A stretch of DNA of 64,000 bases. It comes from Yuukianura sp. NJ FZ-2021. Its lineage: Eukaryota. Both the position numbers and the translations under genes were made by a program. The stretch lies in NCBI GenBank assembly GCA_046563655.1, contig CM102286.1, forward strand, positions 3,534,001-3,598,000, given 5' to 3'. Every line of letters begins with the position of its first letter. Position 1 is the stretch's first letter. Positions 1 through 12,122 of the stretch are shown here, in pieces. The notes under the pieces are model-generated. The model was given only the letters and a program-made list of their open reading frames with translations, was not told the DNA's origin and ran no database searches.

Positions 1-2097
1 TAAAATTTTAATTTCATTGACACTTTGTAGTCATTGGAATTCAAACAATGAAAGTTACTCATCTCTTGAGCATCTTTTCAATTTCATTGGTTGGAGCGCG
101 TTGAAACTAAAGATGTCGACCATGGAGACACTATTCGAAACTGGTTTTTGGACCATTTAAAAAAATTGTTTGCGGAACTAATCAAGAGTTGAGTTGCTGG
201 AATTGGATTTCATTGTTAAAATTAATTGGGCTATAATTTAAATTACATTGACCGCGCCTTTTCGCCAACTTGGAATTGTATTCTGTTTATCCTCCTCCAA
301 GCAATTAAACTAAACTTGTAATTAAAAATAAACGAAACAGCCGAATGTTTACTCTTCCGCCATTTAGTGAATCTAGTTTTGTATCTTTTTGAACTACAGA
401 AAAAAGACTATAGATTGATAGGTCATGCGTGTTGCGTACAGGGTTTGAGGAAAGACAAATCTTAAGTAACCTACGAATTACGTACACGCATATGCTTTCA
501 GTCGTGAATTCAAAATTGGATTCAATAAGGTCAAGCCTAACGTAAATCAATACGTAACACTTCCTGTTTCAATTCTAACTTGATTATGATTATTGCCAAA
601 ACAGCTAAAGTAAGCAGGAAGGTGGGCAGAAGAAGGATTGAATTTGGGCAATAAATCAAGCTTTGTAAATCAAAATTTACGAATTGTGAATCCGTGATTA
701 CTAAAACCAGAAATGCAAAATCAAGTCAATGCAATTCAGGCAGAGAGGTTGTTGTGATGCTATCATCATTTGACTACAGTTATGAATCATCTATAACAAA
801 TCGTTTAAGGTAGGTAAAAGTAATTACAGATACTTCCTAGTCGGTCATCTTGTTTGTGAATCTGGCAAAAAGCAACAATAATTTGAATTAGAAGTTAGAT
901 GTAAAAAATATGGCAGTATTTCATCGTCTTCGAAGTCCCCACGACGTCGTAACACGAGCACGTAAGTTGTACATTGAAATTCATTTTTGAATTACAAATT
1001 TTTGTTTTTGCCTCTAGTTTTTCAGCATTTTGTAGCCTAAGTGCACAGAAATTGAAAATAATTGTTGTTTAGGACAAGGTCGCAGCCAGGATACTTAAAA
1101 GTTAAGTTTACTATTTACTTGTGTATAAATTTCTGTTCATGCGTAAATACACTTGTGGTTGATTTCGAACTTTTTTTTTCGAAGTTTCAGTGAACAAAGG
1201 GAAGGAATAGTTCTTGAAATTTTTTCTTCTTAGATAAATTGTATTGTGTAAATTCTCAGCAATTTTGGTTAAGTTCATTGCCGCCATCATCTAAAAGATT
1301 AAAGTTTAAGGCCTTTTCACACTAGAGTAACCTCACTGCCTGGGAAGGTCGCAACCAATTAGAAAATCAGAAGCGACAAGTATCATTGTTATGTAAACTG
1401 AAGGGCATCAACACCAAAAAACAATTTGTGTGTACGTACTTCTTGAAAGATTGTCATTGTCGTTCCAATGGTTGATTTAAAAATTAAGACAAAAGAATTT
1501 AACAAATTTAGAAGTTATCCTCAGAACTGCATGTTAGAATCGATTGTGGGAAAAAAACCGGAAGTCTTCCGCACGCTTCACAATTTTTGAAGAAATTCTT
1601 TGAATAATCCAAATGCCTAGTACTCTAATGTACAACTTTACTTTACAGCTAAAAGATAAGTAGCACTTTGCCCAAATCAGTTTTGAAGCAGAATTTAGTA
1701 ACGTAAATGATTCAAAGTTTTGAAGTAAATAATGTGATCAATTTCGTCAACATAGTTCAGTAGTCCATTTTGATTTGTCATGAATGCCGCCGTGAATGGG
1801 GTAAATTGAAATGGATTTAGAGTGATTATGATGCTTTACCAACGGAATAATCACGCCATCTTGCGTGATTTTATGGCGTTTATATGTCCATTCGCTACGT
1901 TCACGAAAATTTGGAATAAAATCGGATAGAACTTCTATGTTCAATCCTTTTGATTTGACAAAGATGGATAGATTTACTAGCACAAAAGTGAGTTTACTAA
2001 GATTTTAATACTTTTTTTTGGATTAACAATAACGCCTTGACAGACAATGACAACTGTAACGCGTAAGTTAAATATTAACAAGTCAACACTGCAACAT

Positions 2098-3312
2098 TTA
2101 GTGGCGTCGAATGCGGTTCGTTCCTCCTAAAATGTCCGGGAGCTGGTCACTCGGTATGGTTTTCAAAAGTTCAGGCTTCCATTCTCCTTTGTCATACCCG
2201 TAAACACGGACAACTTTTTTGGTTGCTGGTGCTGCCGCTTCGATGACTGTTGCCAGTACATTATGAAATGCTTTCGGTGTGTTGATAATGCTGAAAGACG
2301 ACAACGCTTGGGGATAATTTGTGTCCAAGGTGCTGATCAGGTAAGTATAAAACGGCAAACCTAATGCAATTTAATGAGATAAAAATTAATTTAAAAAATT
2401 ATTAAAATTTCTTTTTCGGGGAGAAACATGGAAGAATTTTTAAATCATAATTTGCGTAAATCGTACTGTTGCTAAGCTATGCAATTTCGATGCCTTGGAC
2501 ACTTACATCCAAGACACGCTTGTTGTCTAACACTGAAGCCATTGAGATCCATAATTCCCACGGCTTGAGCTACTTGACTTCCTGTTTTTGTTTTTGACCT
2601 TCGAACAACCACTCCCACGCTTTCGATCAGATACTGGAGGTATCTGTGCAGTCGATCTTGTTTGCCAGACAAAATAATTCTACGGAGGTCACAGTTACCG
2701 AAAGGCCAAAACAGGATTGGCCGGGATTCAATGTCTTGACCTTTGACTTCAAAGTTGCACCACTTCCGCAGATCAGACATGTCCTCCTTCAGAATGCTAT
2801 CGAGGCGCGCGGACTTTCTGAATTCCAAATACTGTGAAACCGAAAAAAATTATTTCATTTTCACAAAAAAAAGTATTCGCTAAAACTTTCACCTTTTGCA
2901 TCTTTTTATGTGCTTCCTCTACGTTCATGTCAGAATCCTTTAGAAATCTACGATAAAAAACAAACTGACACAAGCAAGTGTGTAAAAAATTTCACAATTT
3001 TACCCGAAAATTTCATTGCTTACCTGATGATATATTGGTCAGAATTTCTAAAACTATCATCGCCTATGGCATTTTTTCCAATTACGCGAAACTAAAAGGA
3101 AACAGATCAATCAAAAATTTGAGACATGTATTACTTTTTGCTCTTAATTCAACTTTTGTTCTAAAATTTTAGCAAAGTATACAAACCTTCTTAATGGCTT
3201 CTTTCTCTTGTTCTGTAAATTCTGACTGCTTGTCATTGGCTCTGGCAGTACTAATGCAACTAAACAAGAAAAACAAAATTCCAAACAACACGAAATGCAA
3301 CTTTAGTTCCAT
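2098..3312 (-). CDS. SEC14-like CRAL-TRIO lipid-binding protein with N-terminal signal peptide (multi-exon)
   Basis: Exon peptides GQDIESRPILFWPFG, IMDLNGFSVRQQAC, NYPQALSSFSIINTPKAF and IPSDQLPDILGGT match CRAL-TRIO motifs. First exon reads MELKLHFVLFGILFFLFSCISTARA and is followed by a GT donor. Confidence 0.85.
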
Positions 3313-3832
3313 TTCAAAATTATCAAGGGTCAGTGTATTCTTTAGTTAAGTTGTTCCTTCAAGACCAAAAATTAGGACACTACAGTAATCTTGACCACGA
3401 AATATCAAGTGAACCTGAACTCTCTCAATTTTTGGCAAAAGTGATGAAAACTCGATAGATTTCAATGGCGTGGACTACCCTATGGCGTGTTGTTAATGAA
3501 CATTGGTCAGTGTTCTTTGTCGCAAGCCAGCAGACTGCAAATTGTTGCTCAATTGTGGATGAGCAACCAAGTTTTCTCGAAATTTAAGAAGTCAACTTCT
3601 TCGCGTCCTCAATTGCAAAAAAAAATGGGTGGAAAAAGCAACAATTTGAAAGTAATTAGTTGGGAAGATGACGCTTTTTCGATTTAAGGAAAAAGGTGCC
3701 GTTTACTCAGAATTGTTGGCCTTGAAATTCTCCTCAATTAATAATCGCTTATTTCAGGGAATATCCAGCTTTTGACGTGTAGATCATTGTCCAACAACTT
3801 TTCAACATTTTTTACCACTTTCTTATTTGAAA

Positions 3833-5806
3833 ATGAAGATTTTGACATTTAGTTACGTTCTTTTGTTGCACACATTGTGTGAAAAACTGGTCGTGAAAGC
3901 CCAACTGAACTTTGACTCTTATGACGCCAATCTGGAAGTATTCGCAAAAAATTTTGAACCTTGCACCACGTCAATTTTTGTTACAACTCAAAAAAATCTG
4001 CTTATTGAACAATTACGTGACCTCAATTTTTACAAAACCTTGCCGATCAGTATTATTTTAGGTCAAAATCTTGAAATTCAGATTCCAGTGGGAAATAATT
4101 TTCAAAAGCTGTACTCATATGAAGAGTTAAATCAGCCAAAATATCCTGGTCCAATCAAACACTCCACGCAATGTCACCAAGTTTACGTTTTTGATGCTTT
4201 TATTCAAAGTACTCGTGCCGTCGTACTACTACGAATAGCTCGTCCTCATAAGGATTATTTTATATACATTGGTTCTGCGCATGAACTGAAAACTTTTATG
4301 AACACAAACCTCTTTGCTTTTGACATTCGCCACAAGTTGTGTATCAGTGTTATACATTCTACAATTTCCATTGTTTATCCAACACTAGAAAGTACCGGTT
4401 TCAAAAAACCGGAACAGTTTTCGATACTAAACGGAAGAAAACTAATTGTTACCTCCATCAATGGAAATCCAAGTTTGAAGTTCCGGAATCGACCGGACGG
4501 TACCGTTGAAGATGGAAGTCGAATTTATTATTTTCTTCTGCAAGATTCATCTGTTCGATTCAACTTTAGTTACACACTACAGATAGCCAACAGTGGCGGA
4601 TCTTCTGGATTTTTTAAAGATGGACGTTGGTTTGGCACTGTCGGAGAAGTTTACTATGGAGAAGCTGACATTGGCCTCGGTAGTGGCATTACGACGCAGA
4701 GAGTGCAGGCAATTGACAATGGATTTCCACCTTATGGCGTTACTCGTATTTTCTTTATCAAGCGACCACCGCCTACACTGCGCTGGAAAGCGATTTTCCA
4801 GCCGTTGCAATTTGATTTGTGGCTAATAACACTGGGCACGACGGCTATTTTTGCTTTTGTGGCGTACATTATACCGCTAGTCATAAAGGCACGGGGGAGG
4901 GAGTTTTTGAAATTTGAAAAAGGCGGGAATGCCAGTGATACTCAAATTGCAACGTCCGTGATTGGAATTTGGCTTGAACAGCCTGGAAACGAACGCAACT
5001 GGAAAGGAATTCGAATTCGGACGCTGATTTCTTTTTGGCTTGCATTCTGTTTGGTCATGCGCGCTGGATATCGGTCACGTCTTTACTTTTTCCTCACTTT
5101 CAAAACTTCCGCTGAAGTTCCGCTGACACACAGTGGCTTGATTGCTGAAAACTACAAATTGTTATTTCGGTACTACGGTGGAATAGCCTACAAGCATGCA
5201 AAAGAATCTTCAGATCCAGTTAACCAAGACATTATAAAGAGGGCGCTGCTGGTTAACTCTTCGGAGGAATGTATGTTAGGAGCCATTTTGGATGAGCGAA
5301 CAGCCTGTCTTGATTGGGATCAGCATGGAACGTACGCAATGTACACAAATGCTACAGTAAATGTTGATCAGAAGGAGGCATTCCTTCTGAAGTCAAGCGA
5401 TGCCGTCATAAGTGGAATACCGATTGGTTGGATCTACCGCAAGGGGTCACCACTTACTGCGGTGTTTGACACCTATGTTTTAAACAGACTGTCTTCAGGA
5501 ATTTATGATCGGTGGGTTGAGGAGGATTTGAGGTCAACCAAGGTCAAAGCTGCGAGATGGCTTCACGAAAATCAACATTTGGATAAAAACAGACAACTTA
5601 TTGAATTGAGTGCAAAGTATGAGAGCAAAAGTGAGGCGTTAAATGTAGGTGGAGTTTTGGGGATTTTTGGTTTGCTGGGAATTGGACTTTGCTTGGCAAC
5701 AATTTTCTGGATCTTAGAAATTGGCTTTGATTCAAATTTGTTTTTTCGTTGCCGTAATCGCTTCAAAGTTAAAAACCGAAGCATTTCAGTTTTAATACAC
5801 AAATAA
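3833..5806 (+). CDS. Divergent ionotropic receptor (IR / variant iGluR), single exon
   Basis: ~657-aa ORF with signal peptide, S1-like GRWFGTVGEVYYGEADIG, FQPLQFDLW before TM1, RTLISFWLAFCLVMRAGYRSRL (M3-like) and a C-terminal TM segment. Confidence 0.85.
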   Translation: MKILTFSYVLLLHTLCEKLVVKAQLNFDSYDANLEVFAKNFEPCTTSIFVTTQKNLLIEQLRDLNFYKTLPISIILGQNLEIQIPVGNNFQKLYSYEELNQPKYPGPIKHSTQCHQVYVFDAFIQSTRAVVLLRIARPHKDYFIYIGSAHELKTFMNTNLFAFDIRHKLCISVIHSTISIVYPTLESTGFKKPEQFSILNGRKLIVTSINGNPSLKFRNRPDGTVEDGSRIYYFLLQDSSVRFNFSYTLQIANSGGSSGFFKDGRWFGTVGEVYYGEADIGLGSGITTQRVQAIDNGFPPYGVTRIFFIKRPPPTLRWKAIFQPLQFDLWLITLGTTAIFAFVAYIIPLVIKARGREFLKFEKGGNASDTQIATSVIGIWLEQPGNERNWKGIRIRTLISFWLAFCLVMRAGYRSRLYFFLTFKTSAEVPLTHSGLIAENYKLLFRYYGGIAYKHAKESSDPVNQDIIKRALLVNSSEECMLGAILDERTACLDWDQHGTYAMYTNATVNVDQKEAFLLKSSDAVISGIPIGWIYRKGSPLTAVFDTYVLNRLSSGIYDRWVEEDLRSTKVKAARWLHENQHLDKNRQLIELSAKYESKSEALNVGGVLGIFGLLGIGLCLATIFWILEIGFDSNLFFRCRNRFKVKNRSISVLIHK

Positions 5807-6315
5807 CTGAAATAATTCTGGACGCAACAAGTTGTCATCAAGGAAATGTACTTTATTTAACATTATAAATACCAACGTAATAAAAAGTTTCAATTTTTTG
5901 TTTGTGTCTTTCGATACATTTGTCATGGTTTCAGTATTTTTTGACCTTGAAGCTAAGCAGTTTCCGAAATTGGAACAAGGTCACCGCATTCCAGAAACTC
6001 AAATTTTTGACATAATTTTTTGGTGAAGTATAGTTACATTATTTTCATGCTTGTTAAGGACAATATGACAACACAATTCACGTTGTGGTATAACATTGAC
6101 ATGTATATGTCAATTGAAAAGTCACTAGGATTACTTAGAAGGCGTTCATAAATTATACTTGGCTGCAACAGACATTTTAAATTTAGAATTTCCAGGAGAA
6201 ACAATTAAAAAACGGAGTATAAAGTGTAAAGCATTTTTAAATTTGGACAGGTTAGGGAAAAAAGTAAGAAACACGATTTTCAAACTCGTTTTGCTTGACA
6301 TTTTTGAAAACAAAC

Positions 6316-7041
6316 ATGCGCAGAATTTGGGGAATCGTTTTTCCAGTTCTTTTGCTTGTTTTAGCTGTAGAGGCACATGAACTTGAATCGATACTATTTG
6401 ACGAAATAGACTTTTTGCCTGGAGGTGAAAGTCATTGTCCGCATCTTTACAAGCAAGGAGGGGCCGTTTGCACTTTGTTTCCAGAATCCATTGAAGGTCC
6501 GTTCTATCGAGCCAATCAAGCTGCCCGCAGAGATGTCCGAGAAAGAAAGCCTGGGGTCCCTGTCACACTTACTATTACACTGGCAGAAGTAAGTACTTGC
6601 AAACCAGTTCCGGATATTACAGTGGACATTTGGAGTGCAGATGCTGCCGGAGAGTACTCCGCCTTCGTAGGCGTAGGGCCCGGAGATCCAACAAATCCAC
6701 GAGATAACACGACGTTTCTGCGCGGGAATCAGCGGAGTAACAGAAATGGTAAACTTTCATTTGTTACTCTATTTCCTGGATGGTATGAAGGTCGCACGAT
6801 CCATTACCACGTTGCAATTCACCTGAAGGACAAGAGACACACATTCCAGCTTTATGTGGATGAAGCAACTTCTGCGCATGTCGCAAGAGTTTCCCCGTAT
6901 TCCAGAAGTAGAAAACCAAGAACGAAGAACCAAGACGATGATTTCTATAACAAGGCGGCGGAACTCAAACTTGCAGGAAACTCTAGAACAGGATACAGAG
7001 CCGACGTCCTTATGGCTTTTCGAGTTAGAAGACGAATTTAA
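6316..7041 (+). CDS. Secreted intradiol ring-cleavage dioxygenase (protocatechuate/catechol dioxygenase-like), intronless
   Basis: Motifs EGPFY, VDIWSADAAGEYS, FLRGNQ and FPGWYEGRTIHYH provide the 2-Tyr/2-His Fe ligand pattern. Hydrophobic N-terminus MRRIWGIVFPVLLLVLAVEA. Confidence 0.92.
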   Translation: MRRIWGIVFPVLLLVLAVEAHELESILFDEIDFLPGGESHCPHLYKQGGAVCTLFPESIEGPFYRANQAARRDVRERKPGVPVTLTITLAEVSTCKPVPDITVDIWSADAAGEYSAFVGVGPGDPTNPRDNTTFLRGNQRSNRNGKLSFVTLFPGWYEGRTIHYHVAIHLKDKRHTFQLYVDEATSAHVARVSPYSRSRKPRTKNQDDDFYNKAAELKLAGNSRTGYRADVLMAFRVRRRI

Positions 7042-7289
7042 TAAGAAAAATATGACATAAAAATAATAATAAACATTGAAAAACATTGTTTTAAAAATGA
7101 TAACTGCAACAATACTTAGACTATATTTTATTTATTGTCAATGATGCACTTTTAACACAAAAATCGGAGAAAAGTTATTTGTGAAAATTTTCAAACTCTA
7201 CACTCAAATACTTGCGTAACTTTAGTTGGCTATGCATATCCCTGTTGGCAATTTTGGACTAACAAAAATGAAAAGTTGCAATTTGAATT

Positions 7290-8912
7290 TCAGTTAATAG
7301 CAAAAAATTGAACGCCGATGATCATGTGGTTGTGCCAATTTGGTCCCCAGCATGCCCACTGATTAGCCACTGCACAAAATGGCACACCGTCGCGAATATG
7401 ACACAGTTTGACATTTGCCAACCAAAGGCCTATAGGAGGCACGTTAAATCTAAGGCAATTCGTCCATGCAGGGTCGTTATATGACACTGTCACATTTGCC
7501 CACCAAGGTGGGGCATTCGGAGACATTGCCGCTCCAAATGTAAAAATTGGTCCTGCACGGTAACAATCTTTATCGATATGATCTCCACCACAGTGATCAA
7601 AATCTGGTATTCGCCCTAACATTGGCGCACACTGGTCAACTATAAACCCTTTATAAGGATTCGTCCATCTTATGCAGTAGGAAGTTTCTTTTGAAAACCA
7701 ATCAGGCGTAAAGACGTATTCATTTAAAGATTTTCCTAAAAATTCCACTTCTGCTTCGGTTGGAATTACTTTCTGAGCATAAGTGTTTGCAGTTGAAATG
7801 AATGCTGGCATTACATTATCCAAAACATATCCCTTGTGTTGAAAAGATGCTGCAATACGGATGATTTCTTGTAAGTATGTTTTGCGAACGTAAACTTCAG
7901 TTGCTGTTTGAATAGCCTCTCGCTTTGGTCCAGCATCCATCAGATCCGTGATTGGACGTAATTTGCCGCCATACAGCCATGGATTTTTGAAAACGGTTGG
8001 CCACCATTTTGTGAAGCCTTCTTTGTCGAAGAGATTTGCAACGCCACCAAAATAGCGCTGGACGTTATGTGTTGCTTGTTTGAACGCTTCACTAACTGTG
8101 CCAGTATCCCCATCATAGGCGCCATGTGCTTTCAGAATTCCCAGAAATGACGCTGCAGCGTTAGCTTTAACTTCTTTATCCGAAGTTGCTTTTCTATAAG
8201 CCGAATCCACTTCAAAATTTACCATCAACGTTCCTCCAAAGTATCCACTTGGATAGTAATGCGTTCCATAGGTTTGTAGAAATTGTTCGAAAAGTGCTGG
8301 ATTGGCTTCATATTTGTCTGGCAATTGGTTGAAGGATTCAAGCCAGTATTTGTTCAAAGATGATTTCAAAAATTGTGACGGAATAAAATCTACTTGAGTT
8401 GTAGAAACAAATCCTTTGGAATTGACAATAAATTTGCTGGAATTGGTATACAGACTTTGGGAATGTTTGTATGACAGGGAAGCAGAAAACATTCCAAATG
8501 TGAGGTTCAAATCCAGTCCGGCTTCAACGGCCATTGAACTTCGAACTTCTTCTGAATTAGTTTCAAGCAGAGAGTCACCTATCAATAAGCCTGCTGGAAG
8601 AGCCAGTACTTCATTGACTTGATCTGGAACGTCATAACGAGTTCCATCGGATGGACTTATCCAGGATTTTCCTTCTGCGCATGTCAAATCCAAAATCTTC
8701 TGTTTGAATCCATCAATGTGGTCTACCGAGTAGTCATGGCGAAGGTCCAGTTGAGTAATGTCTACGCCAGTGACAAGACGATCCAACCCTGGAATTGGAT
8801 TGGAACAGTAAAGTGTCCCGTTGTATGTCAATTCAGTTACGGTTCGGGCAACGACCATACGCGCCAGAAAATGGAGGAAATGATTCATATTCACCAAAAC
8901 TATCAACAACAT
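7290..8912 (-). CDS. MACPF-domain pore-forming protein, perivitellin-2 67 kDa subunit-like, intronless
   Basis: 540-aa ORF with the MACPF signature FLQTYGTHYYPSGYFGG, N-terminal PGLDRLVTGVDITQLDL...YDVPDQV, WWPTVFKNPWL and a Cys/Trp-rich C-terminal domain. Confidence 0.85.
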   Translation of the reverse strand: MLLIVLVNMNHFLHFLARMVVARTVTELTYNGTLYCSNPIPGLDRLVTGVDITQLDLRHDYSVDHIDGFKQKILDLTCAEGKSWISPSDGTRYDVPDQVNEVLALPAGLLIGDSLLETNSEEVRSSMAVEAGLDLNLTFGMFSASLSYKHSQSLYTNSSKFIVNSKGFVSTTQVDFIPSQFLKSSLNKYWLESFNQLPDKYEANPALFEQFLQTYGTHYYPSGYFGGTLMVNFEVDSAYRKATSDKEVKANAAASFLGILKAHGAYDGDTGTVSEAFKQATHNVQRYFGGVANLFDKEGFTKWWPTVFKNPWLYGGKLRPITDLMDAGPKREAIQTATEVYVRKTYLQEIIRIAASFQHKGYVLDNVMPAFISTANTYAQKVIPTEAEVEFLGKSLNEYVFTPDWFSKETSYCIRWTNPYKGFIVDQCAPMLGRIPDFDHCGGDHIDKDCYRAGPIFTFGAAMSPNAPPWWANVTVSYNDPAWTNCLRFNVPPIGLWLANVKLCHIRDGVPFCAVANQWACWGPNWHNHMIIGVQFFAIN

Positions 8913-9861
8913 AATACAAAAGACGTCAGAAAAATAATTTCAAAAGTTCGTTTGTAATTAAATTATTTTGTATATGTTTGAAATTTTGAAATAAATTACC
9001 TTCTCGTTCTCACTCACTTGTCGTTTACAATATATTGAATCTTTAAAAAAACTGACCTCAAAAAGCAATATGTTCCGTTTTGTGCAATTTTTATTTGCAA
9101 AATGTTTCAACGTTGCAGTTGAACGTCTAATGAAAACTTATTTCTAGAACTGAATCTTTTATCATAGCTTTGAGTCATATTTAAGAGTCAACTTAATTTC
9201 CAAGAAAAGTTACTCAATGGTTTTTTGAGCGGCAAAGTTCAAATAGGATTATTTCACAACTTGTTTCCAAATTATACACAATTTCTATCCCATATTTATC
9301 TTGACGCCAATCCAAAACATTTTAACTGTCCAAATGTAAACATTTTTTGAAGTGCATTTAGAGTTGTTATTCAAAAGCACCATCACTCAAAAGTTTCATT
9401 TTTGAAGTTTTCAAAATCAACTTGAAAACAAAATAGCATTTTATTTAACTAATCTTTGCCTCAAAATTTTAACCAAAATATGATATTTTAGCAGTAGACT
9501 CATGAATATGCTGGGTTCGGAAACTTAGCTACAATCAAAGCTTTGCATGATTTTTGGAAAAATAATCTTTCCGCAAACAATCGCATTGAAAATTCTAAAC
9601 ATTCAAGGAGACGAAGTTGCCAAGCACTTAATAACTTCGTGTCAAATAGGTCATGTGGAACTTTCAATATTCAAGGCTTCTACTTGTGAACTTGAGTTGG
9701 TGTGATAAGTTTATCCGCCTTAATCCCCTTGGATCTTCGACATGCTTTGTTTTCCAAAATTTCAATTGAAAGTAGAACTTTTGAATTTTACTTTTCAGTT
9801 CATGCTTTTATTTGAATAAAGCTTGAGTTTGAAAAAATTGAACCATTAGCAGTGTTTTTCA

Positions 9862-11762
9862 ATGAATAACAAAATCGTTGAATCCTTGGAACAATCTGCA
9901 TCTCTACTTCACCCAGAGATACAATGTCACAAGATTGATCTCGAGAAAAATCAAAACAGCACAATTTTTCAGGAACCAACTGAAACGAAACTAGAAGAAG
10001 CAAAACAATTGAAAAATGAAACTACAGCTGGGTGGCGAAGATTTCAAGGATTTTTATTTTCCATGTTACACGTATTGGCATTTTCAACATCAACGCTCAT
10101 TGCCAAATTTTTGACTCATTATCATCCATTTACACTCACATCGTATCGGTTTCAGGGTGCGTTCAAATCTATTCTCGAACTATTTTTGTCAACACAAATC
10201 TGAATTTCAGTTTTTGTTAATTTTAGGAGTTTTACTTCCTTCTATTTTGGTGCTATTTGTAAGCTACAGTCACGAAAATAGCAAGCCGGAAGACGATAAA
10301 AAGGGAATTCTAGATTTAATTTGGCCACCACATAAAAACGAAAATTGGAAACGGATTTTGTTCCTACTTGTACGCAAGACAAAAAAACCAACTTAGGAAA
10401 ACAAAAACCGAAAACATTAATTACTTTTGTAAATACGCTTAGGGACGTGTTATAACAGGGTGCTCAGCCATAACATTACTCATGTACTCATTGCAGTACA
10501 TTCAAGTTGGAGACACACTTGTAATACAAGCTGCAGGTCCGGTAATACCTAATATATATTACATCATGCATATCAATATATCAATATAGATATATTATAT
10601 CATAAAATATATTTTGTAATCCACTAATGTAAAGAGACGAGGTGTAATGTATTTGAAATGTTTTTATTTGTAGATTTTTACCAATTTATTGGCTTACCTC
10701 GTCCTCAACGAACCTTCAGGAATATTTGAAGGTAAATGGAATGCTACATTAAACAGTGTTACCAATTTTTAAATTACATGAACCATTCAACCATTTTTTC
10801 TACTAATTATTTTTCACAATTCTAGTTTGCCTAGCTCTGTTGAGCATTTTGGGAGTAGCAATTATTAGGTAAAAGCTACTGTACTATTTTTTTTCCTTAA
10901 ACAATTGTAAGAAAACGGAGAATTTTTTGAAACATTTGAGGACTTCAAACTACTAAACGTATTTTTAAGAGCTATTTTTAATTAAAGCTTTTTTTGCTTT
11001 TAGTCGCCCACCGCTTCTGACTGGAGCTGAAGAATTTGACTCCAATGTTCTAGTGTGTTGAGCGATTTGAAAAAAATTCATAACGAAAAGTTTCAGTTTT
11101 TACAATGATTTTTGTTGTACAGATTGGCTGCATATTTTCCTGTTCAGCAATGTTACTGTCTGTAACAAGCTTGGTTTGTCTCCGCTATTTGAAAAATGTC
11201 CACTTCAGTTTGATCTCCTTCAGCCTCGGGGCTTGGGGAACTTTGCAGAATCTTTGCTTAGCATTTATTTTTGGCGTGTTTCAACTTCCGATTGATTTGA
11301 AAGATACTGTTCTCATTATCTCATGCGCAACATGCGTTTTTATTGCTCAGGTAATATAACAAATTACATAAAAATTGAACAAATGTAATTTCATTTCGTA
11401 ATTTTGTTTTTAAAAAGCTTCTTTTTTTGACGCTGTAGATTGCTTTGACATTTGCTGTTAAAAAAGAAGAAGCAGGACCTGTCATGCTGTACAAAACTTC
11501 AAATTGTGTATTTGGATTCATTTTACAAAAAATATTTTTGGACATTCCAGCAGATATTTACAGGTTAAATTTTAACAAATCTCAAAACCCTATCCATCCA
11601 TGATTTTTGCTGAATTCTGCAATTTAATTGTCGTAAATTTTTAGTATTTTAGGTGCAAGTCTCGTGATTGTTGGAGTTGTGGCGGCAGTGGGAAGAAATG
11701 AACTTATGGCACTTCCGGAGGAACACAAAGTGAGAAAGATGTTTCCATGTGTTCTAAAATGA
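9862..11762 (+). CDS. SLC35G/EamA-family drug-metabolite transporter, copy 1 (multi-exon)
   Basis: Spliced peptides WRRFQGFLFSMLH, YSLQYIQVGDTLVI, FTNLLAYLVLNEP, EEAGPVMLYKTSNCVFGFILQ; GT-AG introns. Confidence 0.8.
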
Positions 11763-12122
11763 ATCTAAAATGTGTTTAGAAAATTGCATGAAACTAATTC
11801 TAAAGAGTAAATCTAAGACCTATTTTTTTCATTTTAAACCCCCAGTTAATGTCTTAACTTCACGACAATTTGATACTAAATTTTGCTTAAGTCGTAATGT
11901 TGTAGGAAGTATAATGTGTAAAATAAAATGACGACACAGCATGATAACTACTGACACTGAACCTGTGACCCTTTTTATAACATTACGCTTATCAATTTTA
12001 TTACTAAAACCACAACATTTATATAACATGCTTGGTGAGACATCACGCATACTTCTGAGGGCTTAGCAACAGTGTAAGTTTCGTTGAATTCAAGAAGGCA
12101 GCTAAAAAAAAGTTGGTCCGAA

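Noticed and set aside
1..2090. Short ORFs 305-550 and 1747-1983
   Set aside because: Non-ATG starts, no recognisable motifs or splice structure; treated as intergenic
10550..10615. AT/TA-rich low-complexity run
   Set aside because: Ordinary intronic low-complexity sequence
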